Virus record (IMG/VR): IMGVR_UViG_3300020044_001514
Span: 1 to 31,988 of that record
Source of the DNA: a virus
Taxonomy: Duplodnaviria > Caudoviricetes
Direction: 5' to 3' (one strand)
DNA length: 31,988 bases
Shown: piece by piece, positions 8,183 to 17,143 of the stretch
How the letters are laid out: every line of letters starts with the position of its first letter
Numbering within the stretch: the stretch's first letter is position 1
Position numbers and translations under genes: made by a program
Notes under the pieces: generated by a model
The model's database searches: none
Seen by the model: the letters and a program-made list of their open reading frames with translations, nothing else
What the model was told of the DNA's origin: nothing

Positions 8183-9052
8183 ATGGCAGTCGAAACAACC
8201 ACATCCACACAGACCACACAGATTGACCCAACAATTCAGCCATATTTGAAGTATGGTCTGGAAGAAGCTCAACGCTTGTATCAAGCTGGTGGTCCTCAGT
8301 ATTACCAAGGCCAAGGCTACGTTAGCCCATCGGCAGCTACTCAAACAGGTATTCAAGCCCTTCAAGCTCGCGCTCAAGCTGGCAATCCTTTGCTTGGTGC
8401 TGCTCAGAATCAGTTGATGGGTACTGTTCAAGGCGATTACCTCGGTGGAAATCCATTCTTTTCAGGTGCTTTCCAACCTGCCGCACAAGCTGCGACAACA
8501 GAGTTCAACAAAGCAATCAGCGACATAACTTCTCAGGCTTCTAAGGCTGGTCGTTATGGCTCTGGTGCTATGACTAACCTGCAAGGCGCTGCTGCTGGTC
8601 AATTGGCAAAGTCGTTGACTGGTACTGCTGGACAACTGGCATACCAAAACTATGCAGACGAACGCGCTCGCCAACAAGCCGCAACATTTGGCGCGCCTGC
8701 AATGGCTGAAGCTGATTATGCTGACATTAACAAACAACTTGCCGCAGGTCAGTTGGGTGAAGGCTATCAAAACCAAGCCTTGCAAGCTGACATGGCTCGA
8801 TGGGCTTATGAACAAGACTTGCCACAGTCTCAGTTGACAAACTACCTGAATCAAGCCTACGGTTTCCCTGCTGGCAAGACAACTACTGCTCAAACTCCTT
8901 ACTTCACCAACCCAACAGCTACGGCCTTGGGTACTAGCCTACTTGGCGTTCAATTGTTGGGCGGTCTTGATAGATTAGGAACTGATGGCACTGGTGGATT
9001 GAGTCAAGGCTACGACTGGTTGAAAAACAAATTTTTGACAGGTGGTGCGTAA
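8183..9052 (+). CDS. DNA ejection (internal virion) protein 1, P22 gp7-like position
   Basis: Gln/Ala/Gly-rich with GRYGSGA motif and hydrophobic C-terminal segment; first of three tandem low-complexity genes. Confidence 0.65.
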   Translation: MAVETTTSTQTTQIDPTIQPYLKYGLEEAQRLYQAGGPQYYQGQGYVSPSAATQTGIQALQARAQAGNPLLGAAQNQLMGTVQGDYLGGNPFFSGAFQPAAQAATTEFNKAISDITSQASKAGRYGSGAMTNLQGAAAGQLAKSLTGTAGQLAYQNYADERARQQAATFGAPAMAEADYADINKQLAAGQLGEGYQNQALQADMARWAYEQDLPQSQLTNYLNQAYGFPAGKTTTAQTPYFTNPTATALGTSLLGVQLLGGLDRLGTDGTGGLSQGYDWLKNKFLTGGA

Positions 9053-9053
9053 T

Positions 9054-10313
9054 ATGGCACTTTTAGACTCTCTCTATGGCGAAACGCCTGCTTACCTTGG
9101 TGGCTTGCTTGGCGCTGATGAACTGAAGCGCTTGCAAGACCAAGCCGCTAGTCAGTCAAACCTTGGCATGGCGACTGCTTTGCTTCAGGCTGGCGCTCCA
9201 AGTCGTACACCTGGCGGTGGCGCTTTGGCTATTGCTCAAGGCTTGCAGGCTGGTCAAGACTTGTATAAAAAGACCTTGAACCAAGGTTTGCAAGAGAAGA
9301 TGGCTGCAATGCAAGTTGGCGAATTGATGCGTAAGCAACAAGAAGCAGAAGCAGTGCGTAAGTTCTTGCCTAGCTTGATTCAGCCTGGTGCAGTCGAGCA
9401 AAATTGGTCTGGCGCTCCTGAGCAAATTGGTCAGTACTTTCAAACTGGTGCAATTCCTACACAGCAAGGCCCATCGACTATTAACCGTGATGCTCTGCAA
9501 CGTTTGGCTTTGGTTTCTCCTGAGACTTATGCCAAGTACAAGCCAGAATACAAAGAAGTTGATGGTAAGTTGGTTGAGATTTCTCCATTGACAGGCATTA
9601 GCACTGTCGCAGGTACTGGCAAGCTGTCATATCAAGATCTTGGTAATGTTGTTGTTGCACTTGATTCAAGTGGCAAAGAAGTCGGTCGTTTTGCTAAAGG
9701 CGCTGCGCCATCTGGCCCTGTTTCTCTACAATCTGTCGAAACAGAAAATGGCGTGATGACATTCAACCCTAAAACTGGTGCATATACGCCTGTTGTTGCT
9801 GGCGGTCAGCCTTTGATGGGTAAGGGTGCTGGCAAACTGACTGAGTCTGAAGGTGCTGCTGTAACTTACGGCATGCGCATGAATCAAGCCGATTCAATTC
9901 TTAAGCCATTGGAAAATGCTGGTTTGAAAGACGCTGGCAAGATTCGCGCAGGCATTAGCGGAACTCTTGGAGCTACACCTTTGATCGGTGATGCGTTATC
10001 TCGTGGCACTGACAACATTTTCAACACATTGCCAACAGTTCTTGGCGGTCTTAACGAAGATCAACAAAAGACTGCTCAAGCTCGTGTGAACTTCATTACT
10101 GCTGTATTGCGTAAGGAATCTGGCGCTTCTATCTCGCCAACTGAATTTGCAACTGCTGAGAAAAACTATTTCCCTGCTCCTGGCGATTCTGAGAAGATCG
10201 TTAAACAAAAACAGGATGCTAGAGATATGGCGATCAAAGGCATGAAGATTCAGGCTGGCAAAGGTGCAAAATTCATTGGTCAAAACCAATATGAATGGGA
10301 AGTGGTGCGCTAA
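9054..10313 (+). CDS. DNA ejection protein 2
   Basis: Gly/Gln-rich N-terminus, C-terminal NFITAVLRKESGASIS..EF..AEKNYFP.PGD motif; synteny. Confidence 0.65.
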   Translation: MALLDSLYGETPAYLGGLLGADELKRLQDQAASQSNLGMATALLQAGAPSRTPGGGALAIAQGLQAGQDLYKKTLNQGLQEKMAAMQVGELMRKQQEAEAVRKFLPSLIQPGAVEQNWSGAPEQIGQYFQTGAIPTQQGPSTINRDALQRLALVSPETYAKYKPEYKEVDGKLVEISPLTGISTVAGTGKLSYQDLGNVVVALDSSGKEVGRFAKGAAPSGPVSLQSVETENGVMTFNPKTGAYTPVVAGGQPLMGKGAGKLTESEGAAVTYGMRMNQADSILKPLENAGLKDAGKIRAGISGTLGATPLIGDALSRGTDNIFNTLPTVLGGLNEDQQKTAQARVNFITAVLRKESGASISPTEFATAEKNYFPAPGDSEKIVKQKQDARDMAIKGMKIQAGKGAKFIGQNQYEWEVVR

Positions 10314-12106
10314 TGGAAACACAAATCTACAAAGTTCGTGACCCAAGCGGTGCGCTGCGAGAAATTCGCGGCCCTGTTGGGGCAGACGATGAAACAATCA
10401 TTGCAAAGGCTAAAGAGCTTTTTGCTGATGTGAAGCCTGCTGATATGGCAAGCAAGATTCCTAATCAGGCATCAACATCACAAGCCGAACCTGAAATGTC
10501 AATGGCTGACATTATTCGCGGCATTGTAGAAACGCCTGCTGCTGTGGCGGCTAACCTTGTTTCTGGCCCTGTGACGTATCTTTCTGGTGCTGGTGGTCCT
10601 GAGTTCCAACAAGCTGTTGCTCGTAATATCCAGTATCAGCCTCGCACTCAAATGGCGCAGGATGTGCTTGGCGCTATTGGTCAAGGTTTTGAAGCCGCAA
10701 AGATTCCACCTTTCATGCCTCAGTTTGTTGGCGCTCGACCAAGTGGTGTTGCAACACAAGCTCAAGAAGCTGTAACTGCACAATCCTCAAAAGCTCCTGT
10801 GGCATTGGCTGATGTTATTAGCTCAATTAAGGGTGAAGCGCCAACTCCTCAAATGATTGGTATGGGCGCTGCTGAGACTTCTAAGGCTTTAGAGCGTCAA
10901 ACACGCGCTCAAGGTTTGCGTGTGCCTGTGGAGCTTACAAAGGGCGAAGCAACACGATTGCCAGGCGTTCAAGGTTTTGAATCTGAGACCCGCAAGGTTT
11001 ATCCTGAGTCTGTTGGCAAGCCGCTTATTCAGCGTCAGATTGACACAAACCAAAAGATTCTCAGCAACTTTGATGCGTACACAACCGCAACTGGTGCTGA
11101 AATGTCAGGTAATTTGCGACCTGTTGGCAAGATTGTTGACGCTGCTTTGGTTAAAGAGGCCAAGAGCGCAATGGGCGAAGTTAATTCTGCTTACCAAAAG
11201 GCTCGCGCATCTGGTGAGACAAAAGAACTTGTCCCTTATGAAGGTTTGTTGACATATATCAACGAGCAAGGCCCAACAGTTAAAGACAAGTTGGCTCCTA
11301 TTCTTGGCGCTGTTGAAGATCAGTTATTTAAGAATGACCCAACAAAAACTGGCGCTGTCACAATTGACGCGCTAGAAGATGTTTATCAGTTCATCAACAA
11401 GAACGCACAAGAAGGCACTCCAAACGCTGTGCAAGCTCGTGAGTTAAAGAACCTGATTAACCAAGCAACTGAAGGTGCTGGTGGTGATCTTTATAAAGAA
11501 GCTCGCCAAAAGCGTGTGCAATACGCAAAGCAGTTTGAAAATGCTGCGTTTGTTGACAAGATGCTTCGCAATAAGCCTGGCACTACTGATCGCGCCGTTG
11601 CATTTGAAGATGTGTTTGAACACGCAATTTTGAAAGGCAGTTTTGACGATACACGCAACATTGCTGTTTTGTTGAAAAAAGGCGGTGAAGAAGGTCAGCA
11701 AGCATGGAAAGAGCTGCAAGGCCAAACTATCCAATACATCCGCGACCAAGCCACTAAAAACATTCAGCGCGATGCTGCTGGCAATCCAGCTCCATCTGCT
11801 GCTGCAATGAACAAGGCAATCCGTGATTTGGATTCTGACGGAAAGTTAGACTACATCTTTGGTAAAAAAGGTGCAGAGGAAATCCGTGAATTGCGTGACG
11901 TTATGGTTGACGTTTACAGCCCTGTTTCTGGAACTACAAACACATCAAACACTGCAAGCGCGTTGTTGCGTGGTTTAGAACGAATCAATGCTTCACCACT
12001 TTCTAAAATTCCTGTTGTTGGCTCTGCTACTAAATACGCAGAGGAGTCATTGCAACAGAAAGCCATGAGAAAGTTAGTTGATGAATCGCTGAAGTATCAG
12101 CCTTAA
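10313..12106 (+). CDS. DNA ejection protein 3 (large helical)
   Basis: About 600 aa helical protein, TAATG overlap, third of the ejection trio. Confidence 0.6.
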   Translation: METQIYKVRDPSGALREIRGPVGADDETIIAKAKELFADVKPADMASKIPNQASTSQAEPEMSMADIIRGIVETPAAVAANLVSGPVTYLSGAGGPEFQQAVARNIQYQPRTQMAQDVLGAIGQGFEAAKIPPFMPQFVGARPSGVATQAQEAVTAQSSKAPVALADVISSIKGEAPTPQMIGMGAAETSKALERQTRAQGLRVPVELTKGEATRLPGVQGFESETRKVYPESVGKPLIQRQIDTNQKILSNFDAYTTATGAEMSGNLRPVGKIVDAALVKEAKSAMGEVNSAYQKARASGETKELVPYEGLLTYINEQGPTVKDKLAPILGAVEDQLFKNDPTKTGAVTIDALEDVYQFINKNAQEGTPNAVQARELKNLINQATEGAGGDLYKEARQKRVQYAKQFENAAFVDKMLRNKPGTTDRAVAFEDVFEHAILKGSFDDTRNIAVLLKKGGEEGQQAWKELQGQTIQYIRDQATKNIQRDAAGNPAPSAAAMNKAIRDLDSDGKLDYIFGKKGAEEIRELRDVMVDVYSPVSGTTNTSNTASALLRGLERINASPLSKIPVVGSATKYAEESLQQKAMRKLVDESLKYQP

Positions 12107-12126
12107 ACATTTAAACAAGGAAAATC

Positions 12127-13134
12127 ATGCCAAAAACCAAAATCAGTGAGTACAGCGCAACCGCTAACTCCAACACAGACGTAGCGTCAATTAACATTGA
12201 CGAAGGCTGCGCGCCTAGCGGTATCAACAACGCTATTCGCGCTGTTATGGGTCATTTGAAAGACTTTCAGGCTGGCACTAACGGTGATTCGTTTAACGGC
12301 CCTGTTGGCACTACAACTGCTGCTGCTGGCGCTTTCACTACATTGTCAGCCTCTGGCAACGTAACGCTTGGCGATGCTTCTACTGATACTTTGAACGTTG
12401 GCAATGGCGGTCTTGTCAAAGATGCGTCAGGCAACGTAGGTATTGGTACGAGTTCACCATCGAAAAAATTAGAAGTCGGTGCTCTCGGCGCGTTCCGATT
12501 GCAGACTGGTTCGGTAACGATGGATTGCACCCCGACTGCGGGTGGCACTGATGGGTTTGTGTGGAACGTATCTGCTGGTTATTACGATTGGAGTATTGGC
12601 GCGGCGTCAAAGATGCGTATCGACTCCAGCGGTAACTTGCTGGTGGGGACTACAAGTCAAGTAAACGTAGCTAAATTTTCTTTTGTTGGTGATTTCTATA
12701 ACGCAAACGGAATGTCTCTTAAGACCACTAATGATGGTTCTAGCGCTCAATTTATTGGGTTTTTAAACTCGGCTGGAACTGTAATCGGCGGAGTAAATAG
12801 AGTTTCTACAACTAACGCTGTTGTTTACAACACTACATCCGATGAAAGGCTAAAGTCAAATATTGAAGATGCTGCGCCAGTTCTTGATAAATTGATGGAA
12901 GTAAAAGTTCGTCAATATGATTGGACAGAAGGTGATCTTCATCAAGATTATGGCTTTATAGCTCAAGAACTTGAGCCTTTGTTGGCTGGCGTAGTTACAA
13001 AAGGCAAAACAGAAGAAGATATTTGGCAATTGGATTACTCGCGACTTACGCCGCATTTGCTCAAAGCCCTCCAAGAACAACAAGCCATCATCACCACATT
13101 GACAGCCCGTATTGAAGCATTGGAGAACAAATGA
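12127..13134 (+). CDS. tail fibre with C-terminal intramolecular chaperone (peptidase S74) domain
   Basis: YNTTSDERLKSNI cleavage motif, GFIAQEL, LDYSRLTPHLLKALQE coiled coil; GNVGIGT and GNLLVGT fibre repeats. Confidence 0.88.
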   Translation: MPKTKISEYSATANSNTDVASINIDEGCAPSGINNAIRAVMGHLKDFQAGTNGDSFNGPVGTTTAAAGAFTTLSASGNVTLGDASTDTLNVGNGGLVKDASGNVGIGTSSPSKKLEVGALGAFRLQTGSVTMDCTPTAGGTDGFVWNVSAGYYDWSIGAASKMRIDSSGNLLVGTTSQVNVAKFSFVGDFYNANGMSLKTTNDGSSAQFIGFLNSAGTVIGGVNRVSTTNAVVYNTTSDERLKSNIEDAAPVLDKLMEVKVRQYDWTEGDLHQDYGFIAQELEPLLAGVVTKGKTEEDIWQLDYSRLTPHLLKALQEQQAIITTLTARIEALENK

Positions 13135-13430
13135 CCATCGAATTTAAAATTGCTCAACTTGAGCGTCAAACATCTGATGGTTTTGTGACCATAGTTCATT
13201 AGACTGCTTCTAAGACCGAAGGTGAGCACACTGTTGCCTCTTACGGCACAGTTGGTTTCAGTAAAGAAGACGGTGTAAACCTTATTCCTTTTGCTGACCT
13301 GACTGAAGCAGTTGTCATTGATTGGGTGAAAGAGAAGCTAGACGTTGAAGCTATGGAAACAGGCTTTGACGCTCAACTGGCTGAACTGGCTGCTCCTTCT
13401 AAAGCCTCTGGCTTGCCTTGGGGTGAGTAA
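13131..13430 (+). pseudogene. tail-fibre-associated protein (99 codons) interrupted by in-frame TAG at codon 24
   Basis: MTIEFKIAQLERQTSDGFVTIVH*TASK...IPFADLTEAVVIDWVK...SGLPWGE. ATGA and TAATG overlaps at both ends; TAG at 13200-13202. Confidence 0.75.
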
Positions 13431-13636
13431 TGAGCGACACAATTTCAGTAACCGCCGCTCGTTTGGACACTCACGAAGCTGTCTGCGCTCAACGGTATGA
13501 AACCATCAGCGACCGCCTTGATAAAGGTGCGGAGCGCATGGACAAAATGCAGTATCTGATTTATGCGGTTCTTGCTGCTGTTTTGCTTGGCCCTGGTGCT
13601 GCGGCAGAGTTCTTCAAGCGACTAATCGGTTTGTGA
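13430..13636 (+). CDS. small coiled-coil plus single-TM protein, holin/XhlA-like
   Basis: HEAVCAQRY motif, one C-terminal TM helix, first gene of lysis cluster. Confidence 0.55.
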   Translation: MSDTISVTAARLDTHEAVCAQRYETISDRLDKGAERMDKMQYLIYAVLAAVLLGPGAAAEFFKRLIGL

Positions 13637-13637
13637 T

Positions 13638-14324
13638 GTGCCAATTGGAACTGCGTTATTCGCGGCGACAACGGCTTTTCAGCTAGTCAAAGAAGGCTGC
13701 GCTCTTTACAAGGAAGTGAAGGGCGTAGCTGGAAACGTAAAGGGGATTATTGATGACATTAACTCTCAATTTTCTGGCAAGAAGGTTTCTAAGGAACAAG
13801 CTAAAAAGGTTGAAGCTGAGAAGGCGCGTGTTCAAGAGATAGCAAAGTCTGACCCTGACCAAGTTATTTTCAAGATTGGTGACGAGCTTGGAAATATGTT
13901 TGATGCGTTTGACAGGCTTGAGGCTTTGTTTTGGGAACAAGAGCGAGAAGCGAAGAAGGTTCAAGCGGCTGGAACGTCATTGAAACGGCTGGCATTGCAA
14001 AGAATCATGATTCGGAACAAGCTGTTGGCTATGCAGGTTGAGTTGAGAGAACAGATGGTTTATCACTCTCCACCTGAACTTGGCGCTCTATGGTCACAGT
14101 TTGAGGAAATGCGTGAACAGATTGAGGAAGAACAAAGAGTAGCAAGAGAGAAGCAAGCAAGAGAAGACGCTATTGCACAACGTGAGCATGATGAATTGAT
14201 GGAAGAAGTGCGGGTGAAATCAATGGATGCAGGAATTGCTGTTGTGATGTTGATTTTTATGGGGTTAATTCTGTGGCTAGTAAAAAATCAAGCGATTCAA
14301 CGAGCGTCTTTCTGGCGCACCTGA
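13638..14324 (+). CDS. coiled-coil protein with C-terminal TM helix
   Basis: 228 aa ORF (GTG start) in lysis cluster. Confidence 0.65.
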   Translation: MPIGTALFAATTAFQLVKEGCALYKEVKGVAGNVKGIIDDINSQFSGKKVSKEQAKKVEAEKARVQEIAKSDPDQVIFKIGDELGNMFDAFDRLEALFWEQEREAKKVQAAGTSLKRLALQRIMIRNKLLAMQVELREQMVYHSPPELGALWSQFEEMREQIEEEQRVAREKQAREDAIAQREHDELMEEVRVKSMDAGIAVVMLIFMGLILWLVKNQAIQRASFWRT

Positions 14325-14464
14325 TTGTTCTTGTTGTGCTTTTACTTGTGTTCACTTTTTCTTTTATGGCCTACGTTGATACCTTGTGGATGAAGGCAGA
14401 GATTAAAAAAGAAGCGCGTGAGTTGAGAAAACTGAAAGAGGAATTGAAGGAAAAAACAAAGTGA
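14273..14464 (+). CDS. small membrane protein (TM plus basic coiled coil)
   Basis: One TM helix; overlaps both neighbours. Confidence 0.55.
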   Translation: MASKKSSDSTSVFLAHLIVLVVLLLVFTFSFMAYVDTLWMKAEIKKEARELRKLKEELKEKTK

Positions 14465-14670
14465 AATATCTACTAACAATTGTTCTTTTTACTTTGGTTG
14501 GATGCCAGGACACATATCGCTATCCATGCCAAAACCCTGACAATTTTGGCAAGCCAGAATGTCAAAAGCCACGTTGTCTGTTTACTCAGACTTGCCCAGA
14601 ATACCTTGTTGCACCTGTACTGGAGAAGAAAATTGAACCAAGCCAACCAGCCGCATCGTCTGACCGCTGA
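14461..14670 (+). CDS. small Cys-rich lipoprotein
   Basis: Signal peptide with lipobox LVGC, then RYPCQNPDN..C...C....CP. Confidence 0.7.
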   Translation: MKYLLTIVLFTLVGCQDTYRYPCQNPDNFGKPECQKPRCLFTQTCPEYLVAPVLEKKIEPSQPAASSDR

Positions 14671-15082
14671 AGAACTAGAAACCTACGTCTGGGGTTTCGT
14701 GGTCGTGATGGTCACGTTAATCCTTGCGGGTATCGTATTTGCTCTGTTGTACTCTGTGACTTTCGTAGTCCAGCCAATCAAGTCAATGGCTCCGATTGAC
14801 GTTGCTTACACCAAGATGTTGAATGACATTGTTCTTCTTGTTGTTGGTGGCATTGGTGGCGTTATGAGCAAGAAGGGTGTTCAAGCTGCTTCACAAGCAA
14901 TTGCTCCAAAGGGAGACACGCCCCCAAAGCCTAATGACCCATCAGGTGCTTTGCCTGTATGGGTCAATCCTGATTTAGATGAATCGTGGGTTCCACCGCC
15001 ACCGCCTACAACGCCACCTGAGCATTTGGAATCTGACCATGAACGCGAACAACTCGCAATTGCACGATCTGGACAACAATGA
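14633..15082 (+). CDS. two-TM membrane protein with Pro-rich tail, holin-like
   Basis: Probable TTG start at 14633 after ggagaag RBS; two hydrophobic helices; PPPPPTTPP tail. Confidence 0.6.
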   Translation: MNQANQPHRLTAEELETYVWGFVVVMVTLILAGIVFALLYSVTFVVQPIKSMAPIDVAYTKMLNDIVLLVVGGIGGVMSKKGVQAASQAIAPKGDTPPKPNDPSGALPVWVNPDLDESWVPPPPPTTPPEHLESDHEREQLAIARSGQQ

Positions 15083-15543
15083 TTCGCCTGCCAAACCCTT
15101 GGATGATTCTTGGTGCTATCACTGCCGCTTCTCTTGTGTATTTTTACGCCCACCATGTAGGTTATGCGAAAAGAGACCAAGAGATGCAGATGGAAATTGC
15201 CCGTCTAAATGGTGAAGCGCGAGAGAAAGAGCAAAAACTTGCTCAAGATTTAAACAGCACATCTTCACAACTGAAAGAAGCTAACGATGTTGTCACTAAA
15301 AAACAAACTGATCTTGACATTGCCATTCGTGCTGGCAGGGTGCGCCTCAACTCAAGTTGCGTACAAGGGGGTTCAAGTACCACCACTTCCAGCGGAAATA
15401 TCCAAGAAGCAAGCGAATCTGAGCGAGAGACTCTCAGACTTATTGCTCAACTCGCAGCAGAAGGCGACAGGGCAATCAACGAGCTTAACGCCTGTATCAC
15501 AGCCTACAACCAAGTGAGGGACACGATAAATGGTCAACGCTGA
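15079..15543 (+). CDS. i-spanin (Rz-like)
   Basis: N-terminal TM, coiled coil, AGRVRL and LAAEGDRAINELNACITAY motifs. Confidence 0.8.
   Translation: MIRLPNPWMILGAITAASLVYFYAHHVGYAKRDQEMQMEIARLNGEAREKEQKLAQDLNSTSSQLKEANDVVTKKQTDLDIAIRAGRVRLNSSCVQGGSSTTTSSGNIQEASESERETLRLIAQLAAEGDRAINELNACITAYNQVRDTINGQR
15287..15517 (+). CDS. o-spanin (Rz1-like lipoprotein) embedded in +1 frame of i-spanin
   Basis: Lipobox LAGC and Pro-rich VPPLPAE, fully embedded as lambda Rz1 is. Confidence 0.75.
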   Translation: MLSLKNKLILTLPFVLAGCASTQVAYKGVQVPPLPAEISKKQANLSERLSDLLLNSQQKATGQSTSLTPVSQPTTK

Positions 15544-16129
15544 ACAACTAGCGAAACTTCATATAGGCCCACAATGGGTTGATGCTCTGAATGAGACTTT
15601 CAATCGCTTTGGTATCAACACGCCAAACCAACAAGCCGCCTTTATTGGGCAGTGTGGTCATGAATGTGCAAACTTTCGCATCCTTGAAGAAAATCTTAAC
15701 TATCGTGCTGCCACCTTGATGAAGCTGTGGCCTAAACGATTCCCAACTTTAGAAGTGGCAAATCAGTATGGCGGCAATCCTAAGAAAATTGCAAACATGG
15801 TTTACTCAAATCGAATGGGAAACCGTGACGAAGCGTCTGGAGATGGCTACCGTTTTCGGGGTCGTGGCTGTATTCAGCTTACTGGTCATTCAAATTATTT
15901 TCACGCTGGAAAAGCGCTAGGCGTTGACTTCGTGATGGAGCCTGATCTCGTTGCTACGCCAAAGTTTGCAGCTTTAACTGCTGGCTGGTTTTGGTCTACG
16001 CACGACTGTAACCGTCTGGCAGCTAACGCCGACTGGGTAGGGCTGACCAAAAAAATCAATGGCGGTACTATTGGCCTCGAAGACAGGGTCAAGCACACAA
16101 CCGAGGCCCTGGCTGTTCTTTCCCAATAA
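15530..16129 (+). CDS. endolysin, glycoside hydrolase family 19
   Basis: AAFIGQCGHE, EENLNY, GDGYRFRGRGCIQLTG.SNY and TKKINGG motifs. Confidence 0.92.
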   Translation: MVNAEQLAKLHIGPQWVDALNETFNRFGINTPNQQAAFIGQCGHECANFRILEENLNYRAATLMKLWPKRFPTLEVANQYGGNPKKIANMVYSNRMGNRDEASGDGYRFRGRGCIQLTGHSNYFHAGKALGVDFVMEPDLVATPKFAALTAGWFWSTHDCNRLAANADWVGLTKKINGGTIGLEDRVKHTTEALAVLSQ

Positions 16130-16187
16130 GTAGCCTTTGATGAAGAACTCGCGCTCCAACTGAGTACAGCGCGAGTTTCCTATCATC

Positions 16188-16331
16188 TCAGCTAGTGCTA
16201 TCTTTGCTTCTTTGATCGTCTTCTTTTCGTTCATCTTTTTTCTTGCCAAAGATTTCATTCCAACGCTTTTCCATTTCTTCTTCTGGGATTTCTGTCGGTC
16301 TTTGAGTTGACCCTTTACCACCTGCGCTCAT
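16188..16331 (-). CDS. small hypothetical protein (47 aa)
   Basis: Read by hand: MSAGGKGSTQRPTEIPEEEMEKRWNEIFGKKK... Confidence 0.5.
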   Translation of the reverse strand: MSAGGKGSTQRPTEIPEEEMEKRWNEIFGKKKDERKEDDQRSKDSTS

Positions 16332-16428
16332 CGTTAGCACTCCAAACTGCTGCTAGAAATAGCAAGATTACACCAACTAGAAGGCATCCCAAGCCAATCA
16401 GAAACGCAATCGTCAATATATTGGTCAT
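16315..16428 (-). CDS. small single-TM peptide (37 aa)
   Basis: Read by hand: MTNILTIAFLIGLGCLLVGVILLFLAAVWSANDERRW, with aaggtg RBS. Confidence 0.45.
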   Translation of the reverse strand: MTNILTIAFLIGLGCLLVGVILLFLAAVWSANDERRW

Positions 16429-16470
16429 ACAGTTCACCTTCTAGAACAAAATAAGCCACCATTAGCCAAA

Positions 16471-16761
16471 TCATACGGCCTTCATTACACGCTGTTGGCG
16501 ACCAGACTTTCCTTTGCGAGTTCCAGTTATTTCAATGAAACCCTTGTCATGCAAAGACTTGTATCGTGCCGTGATTGTTGAGTAAGGCAACTTCGGAAAC
16601 ATATCAATAACATTATCCGAAATGCAACCGTCAGGAAACGACTTAATCGCCTCATAAACGAGTTTTTCCATCTTTGTTGTGTCAACACCTTCAGCCGCTT
16701 CAAATGACGTTTGTGGGTCGTTTTTGCGAAACAGCTTGGCAAGAATAGTTCCAAATTTCAT
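16471..16761 (-). CDS. winged-helix DNA-binding protein
   Basis: R.NDP.TS.EAA N-terminal motif; YSTITARYKSL..KGFIE..G.R...SGRQQRV wing. Confidence 0.7.
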   Translation of the reverse strand: MKFGTILAKLFRKNDPQTSFEAAEGVDTTKMEKLVYEAIKSFPDGCISDNVIDMFPKLPYSTITARYKSLHDKGFIEITGTRKGKSGRQQRVMKAV

Positions 16762-16795
16762 TGTGTTCTCGATTCGTCTTAATTTGTCAATTGGA

Positions 16796-16880
16796 TGGGT
16801 ACTCGCTACTTCTAATTGGGACTAACCGCATGAACTTAATCACTTGGCTTGCCGTTATCAACTAGCATCCGCTTTCCCCA
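16796..16880 (-). ncRNA. candidate structured RNA (long hairpin with sarcin-ricin-like internal loop)
   Basis: Minus strand UGGG-GAAA-GC-GGA-UGCU...AGUA-GC-GAGUA-CCCA with inner CUAGUUG/CAAUUAG stem; intergenic. Confidence 0.5.
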
Positions 16881-16885
16881 AAACT

Positions 16886-17143
16886 TTAAAAATCTACATC
16901 ATCCGTTGGAAAGTCAAGGTCTGGGCCTTTAGGCAATCCAACATCATCTTTTGGTTTAGGTACGTTCATGTATGCCCAGCCAGACCAACCATTTTCAACC
17001 ATTGGAATACTATCAATCTTCAGCATTGGGCCGTTCTTTGTCTCAATGACTGAACCAATGCGCTGGTAACGGTTCTTCTCTTGGCCATCTTTGTTGGTGT
17101 ACTTTCCTGTAATGACAGAAATTTCGTATTGTGTTTTAGCCAT
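16886..17143 (-). CDS. small single-stranded DNA-binding-like protein
   Basis: GKYTNKDGQEKNRYQRIG motif, acidic DDVDF C-terminal tip, next to exonuclease and ERF. Confidence 0.6.
   Translation of the reverse strand: MAKTQYEISVITGKYTNKDGQEKNRYQRIGSVIETKNGPMLKIDSIPMVENGWSGWAYMNVPKPKDDVGLPKGPDLDFPTDDVDF

Noticed and set aside
532-13229. Many antisense and alternative-frame ORFs in the structural module (e.g. 2571-3125, 8462-8893, 9996-10397)
   Set aside because: Shadows of strongly codon-biased + strand genes, with no RBS or motifs.
14480-14632. Long N-terminal extension of the 14480-15082 ORF
   Set aside because: It overlaps the lipoprotein gene; the RBS favours TTG at 14633.
15974-16321. 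115-aa minus-strand ORF overlapping the endolysin 3' end
   Set aside because: It overlaps a confident gene antisense and a better small ORF (16188-16331). Only the part from 16234 might be real, and it is unsupported.
16334-16474. 46-aa minus ORF MIWLMVAYFVLEG...
   Set aside because: ATGA-coupled, but it overlaps the 16315-16428 TM peptide, and I cannot decide between them from sequence alone.
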